DNA of 64,000 bases, taken from Cenarchaeum sp. GTDB lineage: Archaea; Thermoproteota; Nitrososphaeria; Nitrososphaerales; Nitrosopumilaceae. Position 1 is the first letter of the stretch. Every line of letters starts with the position of its first letter. The notes beneath the pieces are model-generated. The model was not told the DNA's origin, made no database searches, and saw only the letters and a program-made list of their open reading frames with translations. The stretch covers positions 384,001 to 448,000 of the forward strand of contig OZ243037.1 of NCBI GenBank assembly GCA_965212015.1. The letters run 5' to 3'. The position numbers were made by a program, and so were the translations under genes. Of the stretch, positions 11,101-20,843 are shown piece after piece.

Positions 11101-14046
11101 AGGAACAACGGGGTCGCCTGTCGCACTCACAAGGAAATACGTCAGGGTGTCCTCGGTATCGGCATCAACAGTATACAGGGAGAGATCCAGCTGTTCTGCG
11201 GTTGTGGCGAGTGGAACGCCCGTGCCGCCTGCGACTACAGGTACCGTGTTGGCGAGCCTCTGTTGGTTGTTTATAGTAACGGTATAGTCGCGCGAGACAT
11301 CATCGGCATCATTGCCATCAAAGCCGTCATCAGATACCGTAACTGTAAACGATACAGAGCCGGTATCGAAGCACCTTGCCGGCGTGTCCGTGTTTCTGAA
11401 ATCAGGCGAGTTGTCCTGTGGAACCACACCGGAGAGATCTCCCGTGTCGGAATCTATGCTCAGCCAGCCCGGATGGTTCGAGAGGCGGTATTCCAGTGTG
11501 TCACCGTCGGGATCGGATGCGGGAATGGCGAGGCCAGAGACGTCGTTGCCCTCCTCAAAGAAGCTAAAGGTGGGAGCCCCAAGGACGGGTTCCGCGTTTA
11601 GCGTGAACTCGTGTACGGTGTTGGCGCCGTCGTTTCTTACAAAGGACATTGTTGTAAAGTCAGTCGAGAACGCAAGGCCCTGTGCCGAATTGGCCGTCCC
11701 CAGCGGCTGCGTGGCCTCTAGGGACAGGGTACTCACGTCATATGCCACACCGAACGTATACGCATAGAGGTCTCTGGCAGTAAGGACATACATTACCGTG
11801 CCGTCATCGTTGACTGCAAGCGACCTCTGGAATGCTTGAATTATCGGGGACGTGACAAAGTCGTTTGCATCACCGGATGATACGTCAAAGGCGACGTCGA
11901 GCGAAAAGCCATATATGCGGCCGCCGCCGCTGGCGCTGTCTATCACGTACAGGTGGGTGCCGTCGCGCGAGAATTCCATTCCCTGCGCGCCGGTAGTGGC
12001 AGCCGAGATGTCCAGGTCGTCGTTCAGATAGGTGGGACTTGAAATGTCAAAGGCGCCCCCCAGATCGTACTCTAGTATTTCATTAGCTGTGGTGCCCAGC
12101 ACGAACATCTTTGTACCGTTAGTCGAGAACTCTAGTGCACGGGGCGAGTTGTCCTGGGCTACCGCATATGCCAGGTCGCTGTTTGCCGCCGTGGATGAGT
12201 TAAAGTTTGTAGAAAGCGCATACCGGCGTATCATGTCGTCGCCGTCATTTGTTATAAACATCGCATCGCCGCTGCCTGAGAAATCAATGTCTGCGGCGCC
12301 GGTGGGCGATCTTGTTATGGAGGAGCTCGAGGCATAGTCGATCATGACATTCAGCGACAGATCAAAGGAACGGTCATTTGACACCGAGTTGGTTCTCGCC
12401 CCGGCCATGACTGCACCTGCCTGAATCGACACCGTTATGGTGGCATCAGTGGCCCCGCGCAGCACGTCAAATGTGTACATATTGCCGGAGACTTGAACAA
12501 GGTTTGACGGCACGTGGGTGCCCATGCTGCTGAGCACCGTAATGTCGTCCAGTCCAAATCCCGTCACTGCAGCGCCAAACAGGACGGTAAACGTCGCCTT
12601 GCCGTTGGCGTCAGCCGGGGTAGTATCGGTGAGTAACACCGAGATTGGCTGGCCGGTGTCAAATATGACGGTATAGACGTTGGAGTCCTCGTTGATAAAG
12701 TCGTCAGTATGAACTATGCTATCTTCGGGAATGCTCACCCTTATTATGCCGTCGACATTGTTGCGCAACACGTCAAAGGTGTACGTATCGCCAGAGCCGG
12801 CAAGAACGGTTGCCATATGGGTGCCGGCAGGCGCGGTGCTGTCCACGATAATGTCGTCTAATTCAAACGTAGCCGGACGTATGGGAGTGCGGAATGTGGC
12901 AGTAAACGTTACGGTATCCATAGTCGTAATGTCATTATCACCCACATCAGCCGTAATCACCACGGGCCGGACGCCAAAGCTAACCTGATGGGCGGTGGAT
13001 GCAGTATTGTCGTTTCCTGCAAAGTCCGTGACCGCACCTTCCGGAATCGATACCGTTATGATGCCTTCGGCATTGTTGCGCTGGACCTCAAAGGTGTAGG
13101 TGCGGTCTGTGTCGGAGGCCACGGGTGCGGATACCGTGTAGGTGCCGGCAGGCGCGGTACTAGACAGGACAATGTCGTCTTGTGTAAACGAGCCTTCCGG
13201 TATGACCTCGCTGAATGTTGCGGTAAATCTTACACGATCAGCAATCGTGCCGGTGTTGTTTGCCACATCGGCGCTAAGTAGCACGGTGGGCGGCTCGTTA
13301 TCCTGCGGGCCAAAAGTGGCGATATAAACATTGGATGCGGTATTGTTGACTTTGTTCAAATCAATAGCCCCGTTTGCCGGCATCTGCACCCTTATTGTAC
13401 CGTCCACACCGCCGCGTTCTACACGAAAGTTAAATGAGGTGCCAGAGGTATCAATCGGAAAGTCCGATACCGTGTGGGTGCCGGCAGGCGCAGTACTGGT
13501 CACAGAAATATCGTCGTCTTCAAGGCTAGATATATGCTCGTTGAATCTGACGTTAAACTGTATGACATCTGCATCGGTGGCACCACGATGAGCCACAGTA
13601 GTACTGGAGATTGTAGGTACGGGCGCGGGGGAAAGGGAAATGGTGTACGTGTTGGTTTGTACCGTGTGGGGGTTTCCAGCCAGATCAAAGACATTGGCAA
13701 CGTTGAGCCGCACAGACACCTGATCGCTTTGACCCTGATTCACTGTTACCGGAAGTGTGTATACGGCACCAGAGCCGGTAAGAGGCTGGAATTGGCCATT
13801 TCCAAGGACGAAAACGTGCGTGATGTCAGCTAATGTAAATCCCGTCACGGGCTCGCTGAACGTAATGGTAATAATGGCCATGTTGGCGCCGGCACCAGCA
13901 TTGTTTCGTATATTGATCGTCTCACCGTCGATTATCACCGTGCCGGTAATCTCTGCCGTGATCGTGGAGGCCTGGCCATGGGCCAAGACTGGGATCATGG
14001 CCAACAATGGCAATAGGAAAGCTGCCATCAGCATGCTCTTTTGCAT
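8131..14046 (-). CDS. Giant secreted surface protein, copy 2 (about 1970 aa; Ig-like repeats, one beta-propeller, conserved C-terminal domain)
   Basis: ORF 8131..14136. The start is placed at MQKSMLMAAF (14046) by homology to the other copies and the promoter position. Contains Ig-like PTVTIS...FTATFSE modules and FSxDGT propeller blades. Confidence 0.9.
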   Translation of the reverse strand: MQKSMLMAAFLLPLLAMIPVLAHGQASTITAEITGTVIIDGETINIRNNAGAGANMAIITITFSEPVTGFTLADITHVFVLGNGQFQPLTGSGAVYTLPVTVNQGQSDQVSVRLNVANVFDLAGNPHTVQTNTYTISLSPAPVPTISSTTVAHRGATDADVIQFNVRFNEHISSLEDDDISVTSTAPAGTHTVSDFPIDTSGTSFNFRVERGGVDGTIRVQMPANGAIDLNKVNNTASNVYIATFGPQDNEPPTVLLSADVANNTGTIADRVRFTATFSEVIPEGSFTQDDIVLSSTAPAGTYTVSAPVASDTDRTYTFEVQRNNAEGIITVSIPEGAVTDFAGNDNTASTAHQVSFGVRPVVITADVGDNDITTMDTVTFTATFRTPIRPATFELDDIIVDSTAPAGTHMATVLAGSGDTYTFDVLRNNVDGIIRVSIPEDSIVHTDDFINEDSNVYTVIFDTGQPISVLLTDTTPADANGKATFTVLFGAAVTGFGLDDITVLSSMGTHVPSNLVQVSGNMYTFDVLRGATDATITVSIQAGAVMAGARTNSVSNDRSFDLSLNVMIDYASSSSITRSPTGAADIDFSGSGDAMFITNDGDDMIRRYALSTNFNSSTAANSDLAYAVAQDNSPRALEFSTNGTKMFVLGTTANEILEYDLGGAFDISSPTYLNDDLDISAATTGAQGMEFSRDGTHLYVIDSASGGGRIYGFSLDVAFDVSSGDANDFVTSPIIQAFQRSLAVNDDGTVMYVLTARDLYAYTFGVAYDVSTLSLEATQPLGTANSAQGLAFSTDFTTMSFVRNDGANTVHEFTLNAEPVLGAPTFSFFEEGNDVSGLAIPASDPDGDTLEYRLSNHPGWLSIDSDTGDLSGVVPQDNSPDFRNTDTPARCFDTGSVSFTVTVSDDGFDGNDADDVSRDYTVTINNQQRLANTVPVVAGGTGVPLATTAEQLDLSLYTVDADTEDTLTYFLVSATGDPVVPDSATLDVDTGLLAFTPTGDAGPATIMYRICDGSHEITLTVTTSTSAVISGIPDQSINEGQTLNSLPLYILSHTESPIDRGTIPVVTGELGIPLSVINFSRVVDLEKLDLQSIQELVASGADPLQFNDTTGVIFIDGFQIVSQTIDEETDERTRHTISDTFVTTGIQSPPIPITYTFALEDGSMFFGGFDITVNKTDVAANSTLPAEYVVGPRDANTLVFLDQFFEDPDGDDIMYNVTNPDPGIVDLSILSSSNILIIDPVSSGIVVARLCAESMAPGIATAATCEAITVLVLGIPTTESGIFQDSSVNVNHGLLDADVVLNWDDFAIDPTVAFNHIIITANNASATGEIRINQTDRATLVPELASNGTTIHTRIFPSNGSGSISYDPTSDFTSTSDSVTFTAVLHGPAVVQAAGVGTEERIVTEEVIALFHDSLTVNYIIVTVNTDAAPGPLQGDLAFGPRHTSDRFAIPLDDLFVDVDNSRPHLDVTIMGQSNQALTASIVGDRLIVTPPGPNCNCQTLFTFALDDGVNPPQPEQLLFRFESDPAGTVPVGFPQSPVGRFFLPPGFEPFLINLADQVVRGDAAFAENVMISNVQLPEDGNGVTDNSHITATMHNATHYQIAPGTNDLIGSEIITFDVGFVEDPVNANVFTSYRFEFADAPETAQQQVSSGGGDDDTQWKTKPTFGKSYTTGQKIVDCGYSMDNVCRDVTDYHVDYKRNTIETDSLHDFALTAYAQNGLRSFNIGFGLPGIGSPLNAAEAQINVNLIRDYSINSTYMIDSVEYSNENRVIGEDATFEISRVQCLPTDKNELCVRLSIDGVLFRETLYDEPFAINALDSKRRGTTHYMNEGLLVYGDSLNAPPTHELSERHSNQGDAVKLHLTRTDKLADVWTDQLGHQWTKNAFGTWSYVDAPPVDMSSACTDEDNRACDAFAQKLAAYNVQMENLRDSLYGKAYTMPAFDDLEKTVGIHNADGDSREAFLVLHGMQDP

Positions 14047-14084
14047 ATACCACCCCCCCCCCCCCGATTGCTTATAAAAGTATA
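14047..14084 (-). promoter_or_regulatory. Core promoter of copy 2 with a G13 tract
   Basis: TATACTTTTATAAGCAATC-G13-TGGTAT-ATG; C13 on the + strand at 14053-14065. Confidence 0.75.
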
Positions 14085-14202
14085 CGGCAATACTGTCTGT
14101 TGCACAATCACGCCTGAATCCATACAGATCATACAACTTTGACCCAGAACCGCAAAATACTATACCGAAGAAGCTTTAGATCAGCGGGGTATTTGTCACG
14201 GT

Positions 14203-14466
14203 GTGACCTCGGCAGACGACAAATACGTGTCGCGCGGCAGGCAGCTGATGCTGCATGATGATTCGGACATGATGCGCGAGCTAAAAAAGGCAAATCGCAA
14301 CAAAATCGGACATCCGTTTGAATATGCCGACTCGCTGTTTGCAGGAATTGCCACCATAAAGGCAATGACAAATCTGTCGTACAGGTGCCTGCAGGGACTG
14401 GCAGGCGAGATGCTGCAATATGCAGGCGAGACGGCACCGGATAACACGGCCATATACAGGAGCTGA
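14203..14466 (+). pseudogene. Truncated IS5-family (IS903-group-like) transposase N-terminal fragment
   Basis: KIGHPFEYADSLF...LSYRCLQG...APDNTAIYR resembles the GRPxxY...LPYRQxEG...PDYTTIxRR N-terminus of IS5/IS903-type transposases. No DDE core follows. Confidence 0.65.
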
Positions 14467-14619
14467 AAATCAAGGCCGACGTGTACAGGATGGTGGAACT
14501 GTCGACGGCCAGATAGGAACATGGGCCAAAGTGGGATATCAGGCTTGATCGGGTGAGTTGCGCAACAGACTAGTAAGATGCGGCATGCTTTTGGATCAGG
14601 CATGAAAAAACCGGGCGCC

Positions 14620-17600
14620 CTATTCGAGCAGCCACAGCAGGTCGTTATCTGCCAGGAACCTCTCGCGCGAGTCCCCGTCGATATCATATATGGTGACAGT
14701 CTCGTGCAGGTCATCAAAGGCGGGCATTGTGTATGCCTTGTCGTACAGCGAGTCGCGCAGATTTTCCATCTGTACGTTGTAGGCTGCCAGCTTTTGGGCA
14801 AAGGCGTTGCAGACGCGCTTGTCCGGATCGTCGCATATCGGCGAGACGACAATCTTTGGGCCCTCCACGTACGACCACGTGCCAAACGCGTTTTTGGTCC
14901 ACTGGTGTCCCAGCTGGTCGGTCCACACGTCTGCAAGCTTGTCGGTCCGAGTCAGGTGCAGCTTTACTGCGTCGCCCTGGTTTGAGTGCCTCTCGCTGAG
15001 CTCGTGCGTGGGGGGCGCGTTTAGCGAGTCGCCAAACACCAGCAGCCCCTCGTTCATATAGTGGGTGGTGCCGCGCCTCTTTGAGTCCAGCGCGTTTATT
15101 GCAAACGGCTCGTCGTACAGCGTCTCGCGGAACAGTACGCCATCTATGCTCAGCCGCACGCACAGCTCGTTGTTGTCTGCGGGCAGGCACTGTACGCGCG
15201 ATATCTCAAAGGTGGCGTCCTCGCCTATCACGCGATTCTCGTTTGAATATTCCACAGAGTCTATCCTGTACGTGGAGTTTATGGAATAGTCACGTATCAG
15301 GTTTACGTTAATCTGCGCCTCTGCAGCATTCAGGGGCGAGCCTACTCCGGGCAGGCCAAAGCCGATGTTAAACGAGCGCAGGCCGTTTTGTGCGTACGCC
15401 TTTAGCGCAAAGTCGTGAAGCGAGTCAGTCTCTATGGTATTGCGTTTGTAATCGACGTGATAGTCAGTTACGTCGCGGCAGACATTGTCCATGGAATAGC
15501 CGCAGTCCACTATTTTTTGGCCAGTCGTGTACGACTTGCCAAACGTCGGCTTTGTCTTCCACTGCGTGTCGTCATCGCCGCCTCCCGAAGAGGCCTGCGG
15601 CGGGGGCGAGTCAGTGGAAAACGCCACCCTGTAATTTTCAAACAGTGTAACGGAGGCATCATCTTGACGCACCACATCAAGCATCATCGTCTCGGACTCA
15701 AAATTAGAGGTGCCGGTCACCCTATGATGGGTGGCATTGAACTCACTGACGCCGATAGAGCTGTCATCTGGCAGCCGGAGGTTGGTAATCGAGATGGCCT
15801 CCACAAAGGTGGCGTTTCCTCCTGCGATCAGATCCTCAAAGTCTATTACAAACGGCTCAAAGTCCCGGTCCAAAAAGAACCGGCTTATCGGGGACTGTGG
15901 AAAGTCCACCGGTACCGTTCCAGAGTCATCCGTCTCGAACCGGAACAGTATCGAGGTCTCCAAGGGTGTGCTTGTCCCGTCATCGACTATAAAGTTAAAG
16001 TTGGTCTGGCCGTTATGGTTCGGGCCCGGGGGCCTTATAACGACAAAGTTGCCCAGTATGCTGCCTGAAAATTCAGCGTCAGGGTCGTCTCCTACCACGG
16101 CAGTCAACCCCGTGTTGCTCTGGCCTGCTATGGTGACATCAAGGGGGCCCGGCCTGCTGTTGTCGGGATCCTCAAACAGGTCGTGCACTGCGAGGGCAAA
16201 GTAGTCAGAGGCGTGTCGCGGCCCAAAAGGCATGCCGTTTGACACCAGCTTTACGGGCGACAAATCATCGGTGACAAACTCGTAATTGACAGTCAGCGTA
16301 TCGTGGAGTCGCGGAACAATCTGACTTGTAACGGTACTGTTATCCCTCGGGGCCGTCCTCGTGTCCTGAACGGCCGGATTATACAGAACGGCATTAAACG
16401 TTATAGTGTCTACGGGCGATGCCGCATCGGATGACGGATTGTACGATATGGTACCGGAATTGTTGCTCAGAGTCAGAGTCTTGTCGATTATGGCCCTGTC
16501 AGGGAGGCGCAGATCAAGGACATGGATCGTACCCGTACTGTTGATTCGGATACTCCCCGTTGCGGCCGCATCATTGGCAGTTATGATAATGTGGTCAAAG
16601 AGTACCGTCGGGTCAATAATGGTATTGTTGCCGTTCAGGACGATGGTCGCTGCCGTATCGGTATGGCGTACGGTGATTGAGGATTCCTGGAATATCCTGC
16701 TCTGTATCGTATCTGCGCCCCGCACAAAAACTGCAATGCCATCGCAGGTGGAGCCGTTTGGCACGGATCCCCCGCCGCCATCGCTTTCGGCGCACAGCGT
16801 GAGGAGGGTCAGACCCGGCGATTCAGGGTTTATGGTCAGCACGTTTGCATCAAGGGTTATCACCACGGATTCGGAAAGTGAGTCACTTGTCATGTTATAC
16901 GTGATGGTATCACCCTCGGGATCCGTAAAATGATCGGCCAGATCTATCACCATGTCCGGATCCGAGGGATTAAACACATATTGTGCCGGCAGGGACGATA
17001 TGGGGGCAGCATCTGTCCTGTTTACAACTAAATCAAAGATGGCCTGATGCGAGGTTCCATCCTCCAGGACAAACGTATAGTCTATCCGGACGGGCGGCGA
17101 TCGTTCAAGGTTCGCATCCACGAAATCGACAGGTATCGTGTGTATTATTTCAAATGGGTCTATCTGCTCATCAGGCGGCACCCCATCTGCCTCTTGCTGA
17201 AAGAGCTCAAGGAACCGCGCGTCTATCTGGTCTGCGTTATCCATGAAATTTAGTGCTTCGGTGCTTGATATCTGCCACGCCCTTTGATCACCGGCAGTCA
17301 GTGATCCGCCGCCCGGCGCCGTACCGTTAAGGTCCGGATCTCCCGGCATCAACATATCAAACTCCTCTGTGGTCAGAGATCCGTTCGATGCAAATATCGG
17401 CACTAAATCCCCTGCTATTGTTATTTCCGTGACGTTAAAGAGCGGAGACTCGGTGTGGGATATGATATACAAATCCAGGGAATCCAGCGTCTGCCCCTCG
17501 TTTATCGACTGGTCTGGTATTATCTCAAGCGCTGGAGGGGCCGACTGTGTAGACACCATCAAAGTCTCAAGGATAGAGCCGTCACACACGTCATAACTAA

Positions 17601-20600
17601 TGTTGGCCACCCCGCCGGCGCCGGTCGTCATAAAGGTCGCCAGGCCCTCGGGGGTAATCTGGAGCGAGCTCGCTACAATGGCGGCATTTACATCCGAGCG
17701 TATGTTGGAATATGTCAGGGTGTCTGCGGTATCGGCATCGCTGGTATGCATGGCAAGATCCAGCTCTCTTGCATTTGTGGCAACTAGGACGGGCATAATG
17801 ATAGCCATCGGCGGCGCGTTGGGCGATCTTTCGTTGTTCATTATATCAACGGTATAGGTGCGCGCGGTATTGTCCGTACCATCAGAATCAAAGCCGTCAT
17901 CGGATGCCATCACGGTAAACGATACAGAGCCGTCAGTAGAGCACCTTGCTGGCGTGTCCTCGGCCCTATAGAGGCCCGTGTTGTCCTGCGGGACAGTGCC
18001 CGACAGATGACCCGTGCTGTTTATTGTCAGCCAGGAGGGATTATCAGTGATGCGGTATTCCAGTGCGGCGCCGTCGACATCTGATCCCGGAATCTGTATG
18101 GAGACATCCTCGTCCTCGGCGACCTCAATGCTCAGAGCACCAAGGACCGGAGGCGCGGTGTTTTCGACGAACCGGTAGATTCTGCCGCTGGGATCGTTCC
18201 CTGTCACGTGCAGGGTCATAAAGTCGGACGTAAACTCTATCTCTGTTGGCTGTATGAGTATGCTATGGAATAACGGCTGCGGCCCGCTTATGAGCACAAG
18301 GGAGCTCGCATCATACGCGGGATTCATGGAATACGCATAGAGGTTGCGGGTGCCGCCGATGTTCTGCGCGCCCATGACGTACAGTATGCTGCCGTCATCA
18401 TTGACTGCGGATCCCGTCGGGTTATCATCGGACAGTTGCGGGGACGTTGCGACCGGTTGCGAGATGGATGAGAGATCAAAGCCCGTACCCAGCGTGTACC
18501 CGTATATGCGGTCGGCACCGGTGCCCGTGACATACATGCGGGTGCCGTCGCGCGAGAATTCCAGTCCGGTGGGCAGGGTATCTGGCAGGTTTGGAGGCAT
18601 GTCAGGAAATGCATCTATCGAAGAATCCGTTGCGGATGCCTGGCCGACTAGCTGGTAGGCGCTTGTGAGCAAAAGCTCGTGTATGCGGTCCGCCGAGGTG
18701 CCTATAACAAAGAGCTTCATACCGTTATCAGAGAATTCAATCCCGGACGGCTGAGAGTCCAAACCGCCCACGGCGTACTCGATAGACGGCGACGAGGCCC
18801 TGGTCGATATGTCAAAGGCCGTCCCAAGGTCGTACTGGAGTATGTTGTCCGACCCGGCGGACTGGAGCACAAACAGGCGCATGCCGTCGCCGGAGAATTC
18901 CACGTCGACGGACGCAGTATATGTGTCAGGAATCGATGGCAACTGGAAATAGTCAAGTGATGGCGGATCCGGTTCCGGCACATCAAATGTGGCGGTAAAA
19001 ACTGCGGATGCCGTATTTCCGTTGTCGTCTATATCGGCGGCGGCGCCGTCCGGGATGCTCACATTTATGGTACCGCCAGTATTGTTGCGCGCGACATCAA
19101 AGGTGAATACGGTTGCAGAGCCGGTATCTGGCGAAAGGTTCGATGCCTTGTGGGTGCCGGCGTCAGGCGCGGTGCTCTCCACGGTAATCTCTGTTGCAAG
19201 CAATCCCGACACTGGCTCGCTAAATGTGGCCGTAAACGATATGGTATCCGTATCGGCGGAGGTGCCGTTTGCCAGATTGCCCGAGCCGTCACTCGCAGTG
19301 ATTGACACGACGGTGGGCAGGATCGCAAAGTCGTACGTATACGTGTTGGAAGGTACCGGGTTGGTGGTTCCCTCCAGGTCCGCAAACATACCGGCGGCAA
19401 TGCTCACGTTTATGTTTTGATCCTCGCCGCTGTGATCTACCTGAAAGGTGTACATTAGGTCTGACATTCGCTCGACATTCGTTACCGTGTGGGTCGCACC
19501 GTCGCCGACTGCGGTAATGTCATTTGCCGTAAACGTACCGTCCATTACGGGCCTGTTGAATGTCGCGGTAAAATTGACCACATCCTGGGCAGTGCCACCG
19601 TCTGGCACGTCGGTGCTGGAGATTGTAACGATGGGGGGGCGGGTATCCAGCGAGGTGAAAGCGACGGCAAATGGAATGACTTTCGAACTGCCGGTACTAT
19701 CCGATGTACTTTTCGCCGCATTTGCGCCAATCGATACTGTCACAGTACCAATGGAGGATCCCACAGCGACCTGAAACGTGTACAGGGAGGCGTCGTCCGG
19801 GTCTGGCGTAAAGCTCCCCGGTATTATCTGGGGATTGTTGTTGTTTGCGGTACCCGTCAGGGTAATGTCTTTTTCCTCAAATCCCATCACATCCTCGTTG
19901 AACGTAACGGTAAATCTTATGGCCGGCTGGGCCGTGGATGTGCCGTTTGCCAGATTGCCCGCGGAATTGGCGGTGATTGTAGCTATGGTGGGCAGCGTAA
20001 AGGCGGCGGTGAGCGGATACTGGATGACGCGGTCACCGCCGTTGGTATCCAAAAGATACATGACCATGCCGTCATTTGAAAAGTCCATCCCGCGTGCGGT
20101 AACAGCTGATCCGGCAATAGATGGCGCGAGAAAAGTGTCATCAGCTGATTGAGTGACAGAGTCTACCAGAGTAAAGGCCGTATCCAGGTCGTACTGTCGA
20201 ACCGCATTTCCAGAAAAAGTAAACAGCCTCATGCCGTCATTGGAGATTGCCAGGCCGTCGGCAGTCTCGGATGTGTCATGGGTGGTGCGTGGAGTAACGG
20301 TGCCGGATATATCAAAGGGGGTTCCGAGCTGAAATGAGTCGACTTGGCCGCTGCGTCCAAGAAATAGCCAGTCACCGTTACGAGAGATTGCAACATCAAG
20401 ATTGCCGCCCCCACAACAGTCTGGAGAACTGCTGGGAGTGCTAATCGCACGATCTGCCCCGATTGGTATCTGGACAACGTTGTTTTCGGTTCCACCATTA
20501 CTGGCCAGAAACATTCTGGTGGTGTCATTGGAGATCGTCACGCCCTGTACATTATCCGTACGAGTTAGGAAACTCTGCATTGTGCCATCTCCAACGCTGG

Positions 20601-20802
20601 TTATATCAAAGGGGGTACTGAGCGTGAATCGGGTAACTGCGCCAGGTCCTGCAACATACATTGTCATGCCGTCGTGGGACATTGCTATTCCCACGGGCTG
20701 CACGGCAGGCAGTATGGGGACGGCAGACTGCGCATATGCCGAGACGGGGATCAAAACCAACAGTGGCAATAGGAAGGCTGCTGCCAGCATGCTCTTTTGC
20801 AT
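14620..20802 (-). CDS. Giant secreted surface protein, copy 3 (2060 aa)
   Basis: Signal peptide, N-terminal propeller, Ig-like modules, a second propeller, a diverged central region and the shared C-terminal domain. A T-rich tract follows the stop (GGGCGCCCGGTTTTTT). Confidence 0.92.
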   Translation of the reverse strand: MQKSMLAAAFLLPLLVLIPVSAYAQSAVPILPAVQPVGIAMSHDGMTMYVAGPGAVTRFTLSTPFDITSVGDGTMQSFLTRTDNVQGVTISNDTTRMFLASNGGTENNVVQIPIGADRAISTPSSSPDCCGGGNLDVAISRNGDWLFLGRSGQVDSFQLGTPFDISGTVTPRTTHDTSETADGLAISNDGMRLFTFSGNAVRQYDLDTAFTLVDSVTQSADDTFLAPSIAGSAVTARGMDFSNDGMVMYLLDTNGGDRVIQYPLTAAFTLPTIATITANSAGNLANGTSTAQPAIRFTVTFNEDVMGFEEKDITLTGTANNNNPQIIPGSFTPDPDDASLYTFQVAVGSSIGTVTVSIGANAAKSTSDSTGSSKVIPFAVAFTSLDTRPPIVTISSTDVPDGGTAQDVVNFTATFNRPVMDGTFTANDITAVGDGATHTVTNVERMSDLMYTFQVDHSGEDQNINVSIAAGMFADLEGTTNPVPSNTYTYDFAILPTVVSITASDGSGNLANGTSADTDTISFTATFSEPVSGLLATEITVESTAPDAGTHKASNLSPDTGSATVFTFDVARNNTGGTINVSIPDGAAADIDDNGNTASAVFTATFDVPEPDPPSLDYFQLPSIPDTYTASVDVEFSGDGMRLFVLQSAGSDNILQYDLGTAFDISTRASSPSIEYAVGGLDSQPSGIEFSDNGMKLFVIGTSADRIHELLLTSAYQLVGQASATDSSIDAFPDMPPNLPDTLPTGLEFSRDGTRMYVTGTGADRIYGYTLGTGFDLSSISQPVATSPQLSDDNPTGSAVNDDGSILYVMGAQNIGGTRNLYAYSMNPAYDASSLVLISGPQPLFHSILIQPTEIEFTSDFMTLHVTGNDPSGRIYRFVENTAPPVLGALSIEVAEDEDVSIQIPGSDVDGAALEYRITDNPSWLTINSTGHLSGTVPQDNTGLYRAEDTPARCSTDGSVSFTVMASDDGFDSDGTDNTARTYTVDIMNNERSPNAPPMAIIMPVLVATNARELDLAMHTSDADTADTLTYSNIRSDVNAAIVASSLQITPEGLATFMTTGAGGVANISYDVCDGSILETLMVSTQSAPPALEIIPDQSINEGQTLDSLDLYIISHTESPLFNVTEITIAGDLVPIFASNGSLTTEEFDMLMPGDPDLNGTAPGGGSLTAGDQRAWQISSTEALNFMDNADQIDARFLELFQQEADGVPPDEQIDPFEIIHTIPVDFVDANLERSPPVRIDYTFVLEDGTSHQAIFDLVVNRTDAAPISSLPAQYVFNPSDPDMVIDLADHFTDPEGDTITYNMTSDSLSESVVITLDANVLTINPESPGLTLLTLCAESDGGGGSVPNGSTCDGIAVFVRGADTIQSRIFQESSITVRHTDTAATIVLNGNNTIIDPTVLFDHIIITANDAAATGSIRINSTGTIHVLDLRLPDRAIIDKTLTLSNNSGTISYNPSSDAASPVDTITFNAVLYNPAVQDTRTAPRDNSTVTSQIVPRLHDTLTVNYEFVTDDLSPVKLVSNGMPFGPRHASDYFALAVHDLFEDPDNSRPGPLDVTIAGQSNTGLTAVVGDDPDAEFSGSILGNFVVIRPPGPNHNGQTNFNFIVDDGTSTPLETSILFRFETDDSGTVPVDFPQSPISRFFLDRDFEPFVIDFEDLIAGGNATFVEAISITNLRLPDDSSIGVSEFNATHHRVTGTSNFESETMMLDVVRQDDASVTLFENYRVAFSTDSPPPQASSGGGDDDTQWKTKPTFGKSYTTGQKIVDCGYSMDNVCRDVTDYHVDYKRNTIETDSLHDFALKAYAQNGLRSFNIGFGLPGVGSPLNAAEAQINVNLIRDYSINSTYRIDSVEYSNENRVIGEDATFEISRVQCLPADNNELCVRLSIDGVLFRETLYDEPFAINALDSKRRGTTHYMNEGLLVFGDSLNAPPTHELSERHSNQGDAVKLHLTRTDKLADVWTDQLGHQWTKNAFGTWSYVEGPKIVVSPICDDPDKRVCNAFAQKLAAYNVQMENLRDSLYDKAYTMPAFDDLHETVTIYDIDGDSRERFLADNDLLWLLE

Positions 20803-20839
20803 ATGTCACCCCAACCCCCCGATTACTTATAAAAGTATA
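20803..20839 (-). promoter_or_regulatory. Core promoter of copy 3 with an interrupted G6-TT-G4 tract
   Basis: TATACTTTTATAAGTAATC-GGGGGGTTGGGG-TGACAT-ATG. Confidence 0.72.
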
Positions 20840-20843
20840 AAGC

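Noticed and set aside
14047-14136. Upstream in-frame starts for copy 2 (14136) and copy 5 (38522)
   Set aside because: They lie within or upstream of the conserved promoter; the homologous MQK signal-peptide start is shared by all five copies.
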